Assembly: GCA_048939465.1 (NCBI GenBank) | Contig: JBHLPL010000007.1 | Location: forward strand, 1 to 32,000 | Length of the DNA: 32,000 nt | Direction of reading: 5' to 3' | Source of the DNA: Promethearchaeota archaeon | GTDB taxonomy: Archaea > Asgardarchaeota > Odinarchaeia > Odinarchaeales > JBHLKK01 | Shown: in pieces, positions 1-9,070 of the stretch | How the letters are laid out: every line of letters starts with the position of its first letter | How positions within the stretch are numbered: position 1 is the first letter of the stretch | The notes under the pieces: generated by a model | What the model saw: only the letters and a program-made list of their open reading frames with translations | Database searches by the model: none | Told to the model about the DNA's origin: nothing | Program-made: the position numbers and the translations under genes

Positions 1-50
1 AGCTCCTTCTGCAGGGCGGGAATAGTTTACCCTTGCCTCCTACCATTCTC

Positions 51-1514
51 TCATTTTGGAATTCTACGAATACCGAACTTCTCCAATTCCTTTAGCATGA
101 TCCTATCAAGCTCTTTCTCTGTATCTTCTGAAAGCATCTTTTTGGATTCTGATTCTTCTATAATAGACTCCACTTCTTCCTTGACCCTCTTTAATATATC
201 CTTTCTACCCTCTTTCTCCCATAGCTTTCTACCGGTCCTGTCAACAACCTTTGAAGGAACGTAATGCTCTTTTTCGAACCAATTCAGTGTATGCTTTAAA
301 CCCATGAAGCTCCCGTTTTTCCCTCTGACATTGAGTTCCTCCACTGCCATCGTTTCGCTTGAGACTTCGAAGCCTTTGGCTATTCGAAGAGCCATACCAC
401 ATATTTCGTTGTCAATGACAAGCTTTTCAATAGATTGAGTATTCTCAAATTCAAGCATTCCTGCACCTGATATGACGTTTATGCCTGCCATAGCTCCCAT
501 AACGGCTCCTATTCCACTTTCAAATCCTGCTTGGGCATCCACGACTTTCGAGTCTGACATCCCGAGATAGGAATGAGTGGGTAGACCAAGCCATTTCCCG
601 ATCTGAGAATATCCTATGTCAATTAGGACGGTCTCAGCGGCCCCCATCGGAGTTGTACCATACCTCATATCAAATGCGCTCGGAGAACCCCCGTAAACTA
701 CAGGAGTCCCAGGTTGAATTGCTTGTGCAAGAACAATTCCGCTCAAGGTCTCGGATGTATGTTGAACCAATGCACCTGCAATCGTAACGGGAGCATTTGC
801 CCCCATCAGAGGCATTGAGATGAGCTCAACAGGAATTTGATGATGTGCGCAATCGATTAAGCTCTCTGCGGTTATTTCACTGAACATTAAGGGAGGCGAT
901 GGACAGCAATCGAATATTGCGGTAGGATGCCTGGAAAGGTCTTCTCCCCCTCCTAGAGCTGTTGAGAGCATGTTTTTCATAACAAGCGTCCCGTCGACTG
1001 TAAATGTTCCAGTAATTATTGGCTTTATGGAATGTTTCAAAACGAGATATAACCTGTAACGGTCAGCAATATCTGAAGGAATGTCACTGCAGACCAGAGA
1101 CGTGCTCTGTGCGTGAATGTTGGACAAATTCTCAGCCACCTTTATGAACTTGATAAAATCTCCTGTAACAGGTTTCCGAGTGGTTCCTGATTTACTGTCC
1201 AAGAAGTTGAGAGCAGCTGAGCCCGGATTAAAGTACACATTGTTATTGCCAATGTCAAGTCTCCCTCTACCATCGCGTGAGTAAAGAGCGAACGAAGTTG
1301 GGCAACTTTTGAGGCTTTTCGAAACAAGATCTTCTGGGAATTTGACTACTCCACTCCTATTATCAACTTTGGCACCAGCTTGAGCAAGTATCTTGATGGC
1401 TCTCTTGCTCTGGAATATTATCCCCGTCGTTGACAATATCTTTAGTGAAGCCTCGTAGATTCTTTCCATGTCTTCAATTGAGAGTGCACGTACTGAGAGT
1501 CTAGATTGCACCAT
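51..1514 (-). CDS. mttB: Trimethylamine methyltransferase (MttB) superfamily corrinoid-dependent methyltransferase, non-pyrrolysine type
   Basis: Family motifs SPL(M)F, MGANAPVTIAGALVQ, PGTPVVYG, DMRYG, SDSKVVDAQAGFES, GINVISGAGMLE, KLVIDNEI. The ORF has no in-frame TAG, and Met sits at the Pyl-equivalent position (YLG-M-SDSK). Start moved to ATG 1514, which has a GGGAGGGA SD upstream. Confidence 0.93.
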   Translation of the reverse strand: MVQSRLSVRALSIEDMERIYEASLKILSTTGIIFQSKRAIKILAQAGAKVDNRSGVVKFPEDLVSKSLKSCPTSFALYSRDGRGRLDIGNNNVYFNPGSAALNFLDSKSGTTRKPVTGDFIKFIKVAENLSNIHAQSTSLVCSDIPSDIADRYRLYLVLKHSIKPIITGTFTVDGTLVMKNMLSTALGGGEDLSRHPTAIFDCCPSPPLMFSEITAESLIDCAHHQIPVELISMPLMGANAPVTIAGALVQHTSETLSGIVLAQAIQPGTPVVYGGSPSAFDMRYGTTPMGAAETVLIDIGYSQIGKWLGLPTHSYLGMSDSKVVDAQAGFESGIGAVMGAMAGINVISGAGMLEFENTQSIEKLVIDNEICGMALRIAKGFEVSSETMAVEELNVRGKNGSFMGLKHTLNWFEKEHYVPSKVVDRTGRKLWEKEGRKDILKRVKEEVESIIEESESKKMLSEDTEKELDRIMLKELEKFGIRRIPK

Positions 1515-1556
1515 TTCAAAGATCCCTCCCCGTAACAAATATCAATATATTTGAAA

Positions 1557-2282
1557 TCAGAGTGTGTTTCTTCTTATTTCACTTTTTCTTTTCAGTCCGT
1601 GCTCCATTATCCATGAGACAAAAACCGGAACAAAACTAATGGCAAAATAGTCGAATCGTATGCCGCCCCACCCCAGTGTAGTGAGTATTACGAGTAGTGG
1701 AATGATGGACCAGAAGACTGTTACGCCAAGCTTTGCTTTATCCTCTTCTAAAACCTTCATCAGGTTTCTTCTCAAGATGCGGGATAATAGAAGAAAGCCG
1801 ATCAGGAAGAGGACTGTACCGAATATGATTGCCAAAATAGGTGTGATGAATCCATGCCCAATTAGCCACCAGATATCTCCGAAGGGTCCAAGCCCGCCCA
1901 TAATCAGATAACCAGAGCCATTGACCAGACACCAAAAAGCTAACCAGAAGAGTGATAATTCCACCCACGTATGCTTGATTCTTTTAATTGAGAGCAATCC
2001 CTGTACTATGAAGGACACTGTAAGGCAAGCCACAATTCCACCGCTCATAACTAATGCGAGTTGGATTTCAGAGACTCCCCCAGGGAAGTCGTAGAATATC
2101 CCAGATAATTCATATGGCCATAACAGGCTTATGTAAATTCCTCGAATTACTCCTCCAAAGGCAACTATGAAAGTCCCATGTCCCACTAACTCATGAACCA
2201 CTTCAGCTAAGATCTTCATTATGAAGCCAGCGGCCACAAAAAGAATGATAAATAGAAAAACCCGTTTTCTCTCTGACCTCAT
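1557..2282 (-). CDS. Integral membrane protein, peptidase M50B/site-2-protease-like
   Basis: About 6-7 hydrophobic segments, an HELVGH zinc-motif variant in the first TM region, GG-rich V(M)SGG motif, and N...GDIW as a likely third ligand. The start is ATG 2282, or 2327 if coupled to the upstream TGA. Confidence 0.65.
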   Translation of the reverse strand: MRSERKRVFLFIILFVAAGFIMKILAEVVHELVGHGTFIVAFGGVIRGIYISLLWPYELSGIFYDFPGGVSEIQLALVMSGGIVACLTVSFIVQGLLSIKRIKHTWVELSLFWLAFWCLVNGSGYLIMGGLGPFGDIWWLIGHGFITPILAIIFGTVLFLIGFLLLSRILRRNLMKVLEEDKAKLGVTVFWSIIPLLVILTTLGWGGIRFDYFAISFVPVFVSWIMEHGLKRKSEIRRNTL

Positions 2283-2323
2283 AACACTCACTTCGCGATG
2301 AGTCTCTGGTTGCGGGATACTTA

Positions 2324-2643
2324 TCATCCAGACTTGGCTTTGGGGTGAGTGGTGCTCATATTTAAGTGAGCGAGCAAGCCTAGCTCTCTCAAATCATTTA
2401 GGTTGTCCATTCCTCTTGTGACACATTCATGAAATGATGGAATTCATCTATTCCCTTTATGTACATAGCTGAGTAATCGTACCCTTTAAACACTCCTGCA
2501 ATAGTACGCTCATAAACTGCTGCAAGCAAAGCTCCATCTCCGAACCGGCGCTCACGTCCAGTTCCTTGATTCTCAGCATCTGCATAAGCGCCCATAAGGT
2601 GCAGAAGCCTCCGTTGGTCTTCTTTTATTTCTATTTCTGACAT
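2324..2643 (-). pseudogene. Frameshifted conserved archaeal hypothetical gene (YDY...MNVSQEG.D.L.DLRELGL family)
   Basis: The 81-aa ORF ends MNVSQE-EWTT*. Adding one G near 2411-2413 restores E-G-M-D-N-L-N-D-L-R-E-L-G-L-L...SG* (stop 2324-2326), matching a conserved archaeal motif I recall. It may be a real pseudogene or an assembly indel. Confidence 0.55.
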
Positions 2644-2689
2644 ATGTTTTTGATCACATGTTCAAAGGGAAGGGTAAGGGGTGGGCTGA

Positions 2690-3835
2690 TTAGCCTTTTA
2701 GTAGTCTTTTTGCAATAACTAGCCTCTGAATCTCAGATGTCCCTCCGTAAATGGATGTTATTAAGGAATCCCTCAAGAATCGTTCAACAGGAAATTCTCG
2801 TGTATATCCATAACCGCCGTGTATCTGGACTGCCATCCTGGCTGTCCTAACTGCGGTCTCTGAGGCGAAGAATTTTGCCATGGCCACCTCTTTGGTAAAT
2901 TTCTTGTTTTGATCTTTCAGAACGGCAGCTCTGAGGGCAAGGAGACGTGCTGCTTCAATTTCTGTGGCTAGCTCTGCTAGTGTGAATTGGATATATTGAA
3001 AATTGGATATAGTTTTTCCGAATTGCACTCTTTGTTTGGCGTATTCAATGGTTTTGTCTAAGGCTGCCTGCGCGATACCTACTGCTTGAGCGGCAACACC
3101 CATTCTTACGTTATCAATACTCTTCATTGCTAGCTTGAATCCTTCTCCTTCTTCCCCGAGAAGGTTTTCCTTTGGCACCCTGCATTCTTCGAAGACTAGT
3201 TCTGCAGTAGGCGACCCCCTGATTCCGAGTTTCTCTTCAAGAGATCCTACGGAAAATCCAGGAGTCCCTTTCTCAACAATGAATGCACTGATGCCCTTAT
3301 GTGGTTTCTCTCCCTTTGACGTTCTTGCAAAAACAATGACCGTATCTGCTTCGCTTCCTTGACTGACAAACAGCTTGTTTCCAGATATGACGTATTCATT
3401 GCCATCCAAGGTTGCCTTGGTTTGAATTGCTGTAGGATCAGATCCGGCGTTGGCTTCGGTCAATGCAAAAACGCCTAGTTTTGCCCCTTGTGCGAGAGGT
3501 TTTAGAAATTTCTGTTTTTGGTCCTCTGTCCCAAACATGTTGAGTGGTTCACATACTAGGCTATTGTTTACCGACATAACAACGGAAACCGATGCGCTAA
3601 CCTTCGATATCTCTTCTACAGCCAATAGGTAACTCACCGAGTCTGTGCCTGCGCCCCCATACTCGGGCGGCACAGTCATTCCCAGCAGATTTAATTGTCC
3701 CATTTTCTTGACGGCTTCTGCAGGATACATCTCTTCTTTGTCTATCTTGTCAGCTATGGGTGCTAGTTCTTTCTCCGCGAATTCCTTAACCATATTTTTT
3801 ATCATTTCCTGTTCAGGAGTCAAACTAAAATCCAA
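2690..3835 (-). CDS. Acyl-CoA dehydrogenase family flavoprotein (short-chain/Bcd-like; canonical catalytic Glu absent)
   Basis: FALTEANAGSD, GNKLFVSQG, KLGIRGSPT, RVQFGK, QIHGGYGY, IYGGTSEIQR. TTG start at 3835 behind a GGAGG SD. Confidence 0.95.
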   Translation of the reverse strand: MDFSLTPEQEMIKNMVKEFAEKELAPIADKIDKEEMYPAEAVKKMGQLNLLGMTVPPEYGGAGTDSVSYLLAVEEISKVSASVSVVMSVNNSLVCEPLNMFGTEDQKQKFLKPLAQGAKLGVFALTEANAGSDPTAIQTKATLDGNEYVISGNKLFVSQGSEADTVIVFARTSKGEKPHKGISAFIVEKGTPGFSVGSLEEKLGIRGSPTAELVFEECRVPKENLLGEEGEGFKLAMKSIDNVRMGVAAQAVGIAQAALDKTIEYAKQRVQFGKTISNFQYIQFTLAELATEIEAARLLALRAAVLKDQNKKFTKEVAMAKFFASETAVRTARMAVQIHGGYGYTREFPVERFLRDSLITSIYGGTSEIQRLVIAKRLLKG

Positions 3836-3920
3836 CTCTAGACCTCCTTTAGGCTTGAGGCGGGAAGACTCTCCCAACACTTCCTTGTTCTTGAATTGGA
3901 GAACAGTTGTGTTCCAACTG

Positions 3921-3936
3921 AATTATATATTTTTTT
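3921..3936 (-). promoter_or_regulatory. Putative archaeal BRE-TATA promoter for the acyl-CoA dehydrogenase gene
   Basis: The minus strand reads AAAAAAA-TATATAATT, about 85 bp upstream of the start. Confidence 0.5.
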
Positions 3937-4042
3937 ACGGGTTATCCTTCTGCATTTATCTGTTCTGTGGAATCTCTTTTCAGGTTTGTGTCCCGTCTCC
4001 GGTAGTGAACGACCTGCTATCTTCATATTAATTACTCTTCTA

Positions 4043-4471
4043 TTACTCTCCCATGATTTGGACCATCAATCTTCTATTCCTGGGTCTTACATCTAATTCA
4101 ACGAAAACTATCTGTTGCCACGTTCCTAGAGTGAGTCTCTTGTCAACAAACGGAACAGTCAGACTAGGCCCAAGTATAGCTGCCCTACAGTGGCTATGCC
4201 CATTTCCATCGTGCCATCTTAGCTCATGTTCGTACTGCATCCCCTTTGGGGAAATCCTCTCCAATATCGCTGGAAGATCTTTCAGAAGTCCGGGCTCGTA
4301 TTCGATGGTTGTTACTGCACCTGTCGCTCCGGGCACAAAGACTGTGGCAATTCCTTTTGAAACACCAGACTGCGAGACTGTTTTCTGAACTCTGTCGGTA
4401 ATGTCCACGATGTGGACCTCCCCGTCAGTTGAGAAATCTATTGTCTTTGCCTCAACTGTCAATATTATCAC
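4043..4471 (-). CDS. yjbQ: YjbQ/UPF0047 family protein (secondary thiamine-phosphate synthase-like)
   Basis: Motifs ATGAVTTIEYEPGL, NGHSHCRAAILG, LGTWQQIVFVELD, RNRRL. GTGA overlap with the upstream gene. Confidence 0.93.
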   Translation of the reverse strand: MIILTVEAKTIDFSTDGEVHIVDITDRVQKTVSQSGVSKGIATVFVPGATGAVTTIEYEPGLLKDLPAILERISPKGMQYEHELRWHDGNGHSHCRAAILGPSLTVPFVDKRLTLGTWQQIVFVELDVRPRNRRLMVQIMGE

Positions 4472-5235
4472 CTCTCCGATTCCCGAATTGTTTTATATAA
4501 CCAGCTTGTTGCACTTCGGTATTTCTCCTGTAGGTCCTTTTCATTTTTGATGAAGTAAAGCTTCAGGAGCTTGCCGATCGTCTCTGGGGGCAATTCGTAG
4601 TGTACATAATGCATTTGGAAATCATAATGAATTGGATGGTGTTTGATCCGGAGAATCTCAACTAACGTGCCAAGCGTAAGGCGATAGTACAGGTCTAAGG
4701 CCTCGATATAATTGCCTCTATTGATCTCTTTCTGCACAAAACAATTAAACATCCTAATCCTCTCTTGAAGCTTTTTCAGCCTTTCATACATTCTCTTGTC
4801 AAAGGATTCCTTGTCGAAAGCAGGAAGCTGGACTTTCCCGGATTTGTTGAAATAAAAAGAAGCTTCGCCATGTACCTTGGGTTCAAGGAGCTTGTCAGGA
4901 CTACTGAGTTTAAGAATTGCGAGGTCGATGATAAGATACTCGCTTGCATCTTCCAGTCTGTAGAAGGCCTGATATACGCCCTCCCACCCGGTCTGTGGTA
5001 CATCGTACTTCTGTTTGATAGGTGACAGAGATTCTAATGCCCTCTCCACCGCAAGGAATGTATCATCAACTTTCTCATCATCAACAACTATGTAGATATC
5101 CATATCAGACCACTCATCGACTCTCTTATGAGCAGCCGCACCCCCCTCCCAAAGGGCGTGAACATAATCAAGCGGTTCCAAGGATTTAACAAGCTCCTTG
5201 ATTACTTCACCACGAGTTATTGTCTTTCTATTCAT
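4468..5235 (-). CDS. Nucleotidyltransferase domain protein (Pol-beta superfamily, with C-terminal helical domain; Lnu/AadK-like architecture)
   Basis: ALWEGG-AAA...DEWSDMD (GS/G-x-DxD) and a third Asp in IIDL. Confidence 0.8.
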   Translation of the reverse strand: MNRKTITRGEVIKELVKSLEPLDYVHALWEGGAAAHKRVDEWSDMDIYIVVDDEKVDDTFLAVERALESLSPIKQKYDVPQTGWEGVYQAFYRLEDASEYLIIDLAILKLSSPDKLLEPKVHGEASFYFNKSGKVQLPAFDKESFDKRMYERLKKLQERIRMFNCFVQKEINRGNYIEALDLYYRLTLGTLVEILRIKHHPIHYDFQMHYVHYELPPETIGKLLKLYFIKNEKDLQEKYRSATSWLYKTIRESER

Positions 5236-5303
5236 CAGTAGTGCACCTCTTAAACCATTAGATAGAAACCTTCATAAAGGATTGCCTATCACGGTATAAG
5301 GAA

Positions 5304-5750
5304 TTGGGGAGTTTCGTGTCTGATGAAAGAAGCAGACCTCTTGGCGTAACTCTCATGGGAATCCTCACGCTTCTATCTGCAGTACTGTGGCTTATTATTG
5401 GCGCTGGCCTAATCATGTTGCTTGGTGCTACTCTGATTCAAGTCCAACCAATACCTGATCTCCAACCAATGCCTGAATCTGACGCAGCAATGGGACCTGT
5501 GTTGTTCCTTTGGGGCGTTTTCAATTCCGAGGTGGCATTTGGATTATTTAATATGGAAAGACGGGCATGGGTCTTGGCAGTAATGTCTACGTTAACTGGG
5601 CTGGCTTTTTCAGCACTTGGAATTAGCATTTTTGCTACAACAATACAAAGCAGCCCTTATGCGTATCAATTGAAAGGAATTCTGATTGCCATCGGAATGC
5701 TCCAACTACTGTACTTGCTTATTAGCCATGGCAATTTCAAGAAAGATTAA
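5304..5750 (+). CDS. Hypothetical membrane protein (4 TM)
   Basis: RPLGVT N-terminal motif, four hydrophobic helices, AWVLA motif; TTG start. Confidence 0.7.
   Translation: MGSFVSDERSRPLGVTLMGILTLLSAVLWLIIGAGLIMLLGATLIQVQPIPDLQPMPESDAAMGPVLFLWGVFNSEVAFGLFNMERRAWVLAVMSTLTGLAFSALGISIFATTIQSSPYAYQLKGILIAIGMLQLLYLLISHGNFKKD
5443..5478 (+). repeat. In-frame 18-bp tandem duplication (QPIPDL / QPMPES)
   Basis: tccaaccaatacctgatc followed by tccaaccaatgcctgaat (15/18 identical). Confidence 0.7.
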
Positions 5751-5791
5751 TACTCTTCTCACAGGGCATATTCGGTGCGAAGTTCAACGGT

Positions 5792-6700
5792 CTATAGATC
5801 GAGCAATTCTCGGGCATTCTTTGTCAGGATCTGAACCTTTTCCTTGTTTGTTAAATAGGGAGAGCTTCTGATTTCGGCTATGATTGATTTTATGCTCACT
5901 TCGCCTAGTGCTGGGTAATCTGATCCAAACAGAACATGATCAAAACCTACTTTTTTCCTGATCTTCTCAGAGAAACTCCTTTTTGTAACCAAATATGTGA
6001 CTGCGGAGATGTCAAACCATACGTTATCATAGTCTTCTCCCAACCTCAGGGCCTCGTCAAGCCATATGCCGGGGTATCGCGCACTGTACGATCCCATGTG
6101 AGCTAGAATTACTGGCACTTTCCTGAATCTTTTGATCATATACTCAATGTATTTTGGGTTTGCATCTTCCGAAAATCGCGGAAATTCCCAGATGTGTGGG
6201 TCACAACCCGAGTGCCACATGACGATTTTTCTCTTCCTCTCACAGAAACCAAAAACCTTTTTCATCTTCTTCTTGCTCTTCAAGGGACTGAAAAACTGAA
6301 GTGTCGGTATGAGTTTGACCCCTCTGAGACCTAATCGGTCTACTTCCTTTATCTTTTCATCAATATACGGTTCGTCTTTAGACAAGTTCACAGATCCAAA
6401 GCCTAAGAATGTGTGAGGATACTTCATCATTAGATTTGCGACACGCTTGTTATCAATCCTTGAAATCTTAAGAAGATACCTCATGCCATCAATGACTTGT
6501 GGACCCGCCCAAATGTAGAGGTCCAGCAGACGCTGAAGGACTCCTTCGTATATTTCTGGTCTATCTAGATCCTTCGCGTCCACATCTAGAGCAATCAAGA
6601 CTGCGTATTCAATGGCCGCTTCCTTTAATTCAGATAGCATGCGATCCTCGCTTATGTACTTCAAGAAAGGATGTAGATGAAAATCTATGATCCCCTTCAA
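5792..6700 (-). CDS. Amidohydrolase family protein (Amidohydro_2-type TIM-barrel metallohydrolase)
   Basis: IIDFHLHP (HxH), WHSG, LAHMG, FDIS, FGSDYP. Confidence 0.9.
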   Translation of the reverse strand: MKGIIDFHLHPFLKYISEDRMLSELKEAAIEYAVLIALDVDAKDLDRPEIYEGVLQRLLDLYIWAGPQVIDGMRYLLKISRIDNKRVANLMMKYPHTFLGFGSVNLSKDEPYIDEKIKEVDRLGLRGVKLIPTLQFFSPLKSKKKMKKVFGFCERKRKIVMWHSGCDPHIWEFPRFSEDANPKYIEYMIKRFRKVPVILAHMGSYSARYPGIWLDEALRLGEDYDNVWFDISAVTYLVTKRSFSEKIRKKVGFDHVLFGSDYPALGEVSIKSIIAEIRSSPYLTNKEKVQILTKNARELLDL

Positions 6701-6713
6701 GACCTATGATCCC

Positions 6714-7919
6714 TCATCTGTAAGGAAGAAATTCTCTTCCTAGTATCTCTCTTGCGATTATTAGTCTCATGATGTTTTGGGTTCCTTCAGCACCTATGGA
6801 GTAAGATCTTACGCCTCTCAGTCCCATTTCGAGTGAACATTCCTTGGTATATGCAAAAGCTCCAACCCATGACATTACATCGTTGATGATATCAAATCCC
6901 ATGAGTGGTGCTTCTAATTTAGTCATGGCTGCCAGCTTCGAAACATCGTGATGAGTAAATCTCTTCTCTTGGTACATTCTATCTATCGTCCAAGCAGCCT
7001 TGTAGCATAACAGTCTATTGGCCTCTAGTCGCGCAGAATTATCAGCCAACTCAAACTGAATCCCCTCGAATTTTCCAATAGGGCGACCGAACGCCTTTCT
7101 TTGCTTGATGTACTCTATGCCATACTCTATGGCACCATCTGCGGCTCCAACACATGTGGCTCCGATCAGGACCCTGGCACACGAAAAGCCCTCCATAGCG
7201 TAGTAAAATCCCCTATTCATTTCACCGACGATATAATGCTCTGGTAACCTTACATCGTCCATAGTAAATCCGCCAGTGGAAATCCCCATCCTTCCCATAT
7301 CCTCGAACAGTGTTGTGGTTATCCCCGGAGTGTTTTTCAGGGGCACAAAACAGAAAGTCATACCTCTGTGCTCAAGTTTGGGTTCTGTCTTAGCAAGAGT
7401 AAGATGTCCTCCACCGTTCTTCTCGGCTTCTCTGACTCCGCTTATATAGATCTTTTCTCCATTAATTACGCAGTTCTCCCCCTCTTTCTTCATCAATGTT
7501 TTTCCTGCGCCCAGTATGTCCGACCCTCCCCCTGGCTCCGTAACTGCAATGCCTATGAATGCTTCTCCTTTGGTTACTCTAGGAAGAACCTCTTCTTTAG
7601 CCTGCTCCGTGCCATACTTGTCGAAGATATAACCCCAGGCCGCTTCCACTAAAAAAAGCACTGGTATTGCTACACTGATATCTGCTCGGCCCAGCTCTTC
7701 GGCGGCGATCGAAGCAAGTGTAAAATCTGCTCCTGCGCCTCCATATTCCGGCGAAACCGTCATGGCCAAGAGATTCAACCTTGCCATACCCTTTATAATC
7801 TCCTCAGGAATTTCACCTTTAGTGTCCATTTCTCTTACTCTGGGTGTGATCTCCTTTCGGCAGAATTCTCTCACAGTCCTTCTAAACAATTCTTGTTCTT
7901 CGGTGAAGCCGAAATCCAT
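6714..7919 (-). CDS. Acyl-CoA dehydrogenase (archaeal subfamily)
   Basis: IAVTEPGGGSD, GEKIYISG, RKAFGRPI, GAFAY, SIGAEGTQNIMR (Glu present at the C-terminal catalytic position). Confidence 0.95.
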   Translation of the reverse strand: MDFGFTEEQELFRRTVREFCRKEITPRVREMDTKGEIPEEIIKGMARLNLLAMTVSPEYGGAGADFTLASIAAEELGRADISVAIPVLFLVEAAWGYIFDKYGTEQAKEEVLPRVTKGEAFIGIAVTEPGGGSDILGAGKTLMKKEGENCVINGEKIYISGVREAEKNGGGHLTLAKTEPKLEHRGMTFCFVPLKNTPGITTTLFEDMGRMGISTGGFTMDDVRLPEHYIVGEMNRGFYYAMEGFSCARVLIGATCVGAADGAIEYGIEYIKQRKAFGRPIGKFEGIQFELADNSARLEANRLLCYKAAWTIDRMYQEKRFTHHDVSKLAAMTKLEAPLMGFDIINDVMSWVGAFAYTKECSLEMGLRGVRSYSIGAEGTQNIMRLIIAREILGREFLPYR

Positions 7920-8061
7920 TTTATCACCTCAAATATGAAATCTATAAAGAGCAGTTACATAAATAATCCTTCCTAAAAACATTTGAATAGGTAGCAATTC
8001 ATAGTTTCATCGTGCCCATAGATGGAACTGAAAACTGAGAGAGATTGAGAAGGAATTAGCA

Positions 8062-8991
8062 ATGGCCAGGTTGATAAAAAAGCTGAAAACCAGTGAGCTG
8101 GACTTAATTCAACAATGCACCCTGGGCCCATCAAATAAACCTATAGGGGAGGTCAGTCTGGGAGAAGAACTAATCATTGAAACCTGTGACCGTTACGGAG
8201 ACGTCGTTGGTCGAGAGCACCCGTTGGATGTCATTCATAAGAAGAAACTTCCAATATATGAGAATCCAGTAACCGGTCCTTTGTATATAGTAGGAGCTGA
8301 GCCCGGAGACACCCTTATTGTGGAAATATTGGATATTGAGTTGCCTGATAGGGGAACCGTAACCCTCAAACCCGGTTGTGGAGCTCTTCAACCATGGCTT
8401 GAACAACAACCTACAATAACCAAATCCGTGAGAATCCAGAATGGCAAAATCTATTATGAAACTAATCACGGGAAAATCGTCGAGCTAGCCGCCAAGCCTT
8501 TTATAGGGACAATAGGCGTGGCACCGGCCGTCGAGGCAATTTCAACATTCACGCCTGAAAAGCATGGCGGAAATATGGATTGTGAAGATGTGTGCGCAGG
8601 GAGCAAATTATTCCTGCCGGTGTCAGTTGAAGGTGCACTGTTCGGTCTGGGGGACATTCATGCTTTGCAGGGAGATGGTGAGATTTGTGGCTATGCGGTG
8701 GAAGTCACAGCAAAAGTCAGACTCAGGCTAGGTATCCAAAAGAATAAGACTATCGAGTGGCCACGTATAGAGACAGCTGATGCAATAGCAACGGTTTGCA
8801 GCAGCAAGCCTTTAGAGGACGCTGCTCGTTTGGCATACGTAGAATTGATTAAGTGGTTAGAGGAAGATTACGGATTTGACCGATACGACGCATACATGTT
8901 CCTCAGCATTGCTGCAAGAGCTCGCATAGCTCAGATTGTGGACCCGTTATATACGGTGGAAGCAATCTTGCCAAAGAGATATTTGACATAA
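8062..8991 (+). CDS. Acetamidase/formamidase family protein
   Basis: NPVTGPLYIVGAEPGDTL, PFIGTIGVAP, HGGNMDC, GDIHALQGDGEICG. Confidence 0.92.
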   Translation: MARLIKKLKTSELDLIQQCTLGPSNKPIGEVSLGEELIIETCDRYGDVVGREHPLDVIHKKKLPIYENPVTGPLYIVGAEPGDTLIVEILDIELPDRGTVTLKPGCGALQPWLEQQPTITKSVRIQNGKIYYETNHGKIVELAAKPFIGTIGVAPAVEAISTFTPEKHGGNMDCEDVCAGSKLFLPVSVEGALFGLGDIHALQGDGEICGYAVEVTAKVRLRLGIQKNKTIEWPRIETADAIATVCSSKPLEDAARLAYVELIKWLEEDYGFDRYDAYMFLSIAARARIAQIVDPLYTVEAILPKRYLT

Positions 8992-9040
8992 GTGCTCAGA
9001 TTCTGTTGATCCGACTCCGTTCTTTGGCTCGCTGGATCGA

Positions 9041-9047
9041 TATAAAG
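9041..9047 (+). promoter_or_regulatory. Putative TATA box for the GNAT gene
   Basis: TATAAAG 30 nt upstream of ATG 9071. Confidence 0.45.
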
Positions 9048-9070
9048 CTGTTAGAGGGGGGATTCATTAG

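Noticed and set aside
1-46. Possible start of a gene downstream of mttB (MVGGKGKLFPPCRRS...)
   Set aside because: Only 15 codons are visible at the window edge.
51-1514. Pyrrolysine-containing TMA methyltransferase
   Set aside because: No in-frame TAG; Met occupies the Pyl position.
2648-2665. TTTGAACATGTGATCAAA, a one-mismatch GAAC-N4-GTTC-like site
   Set aside because: One-mismatch 8-bp matches are expected many times by chance, and the downstream gene is not a repair gene.
6685-6713. 10-bp direct repeat CTATGATCCC
   Set aside because: Short, only two copies, and overlapping a start/SD region; likely chance.
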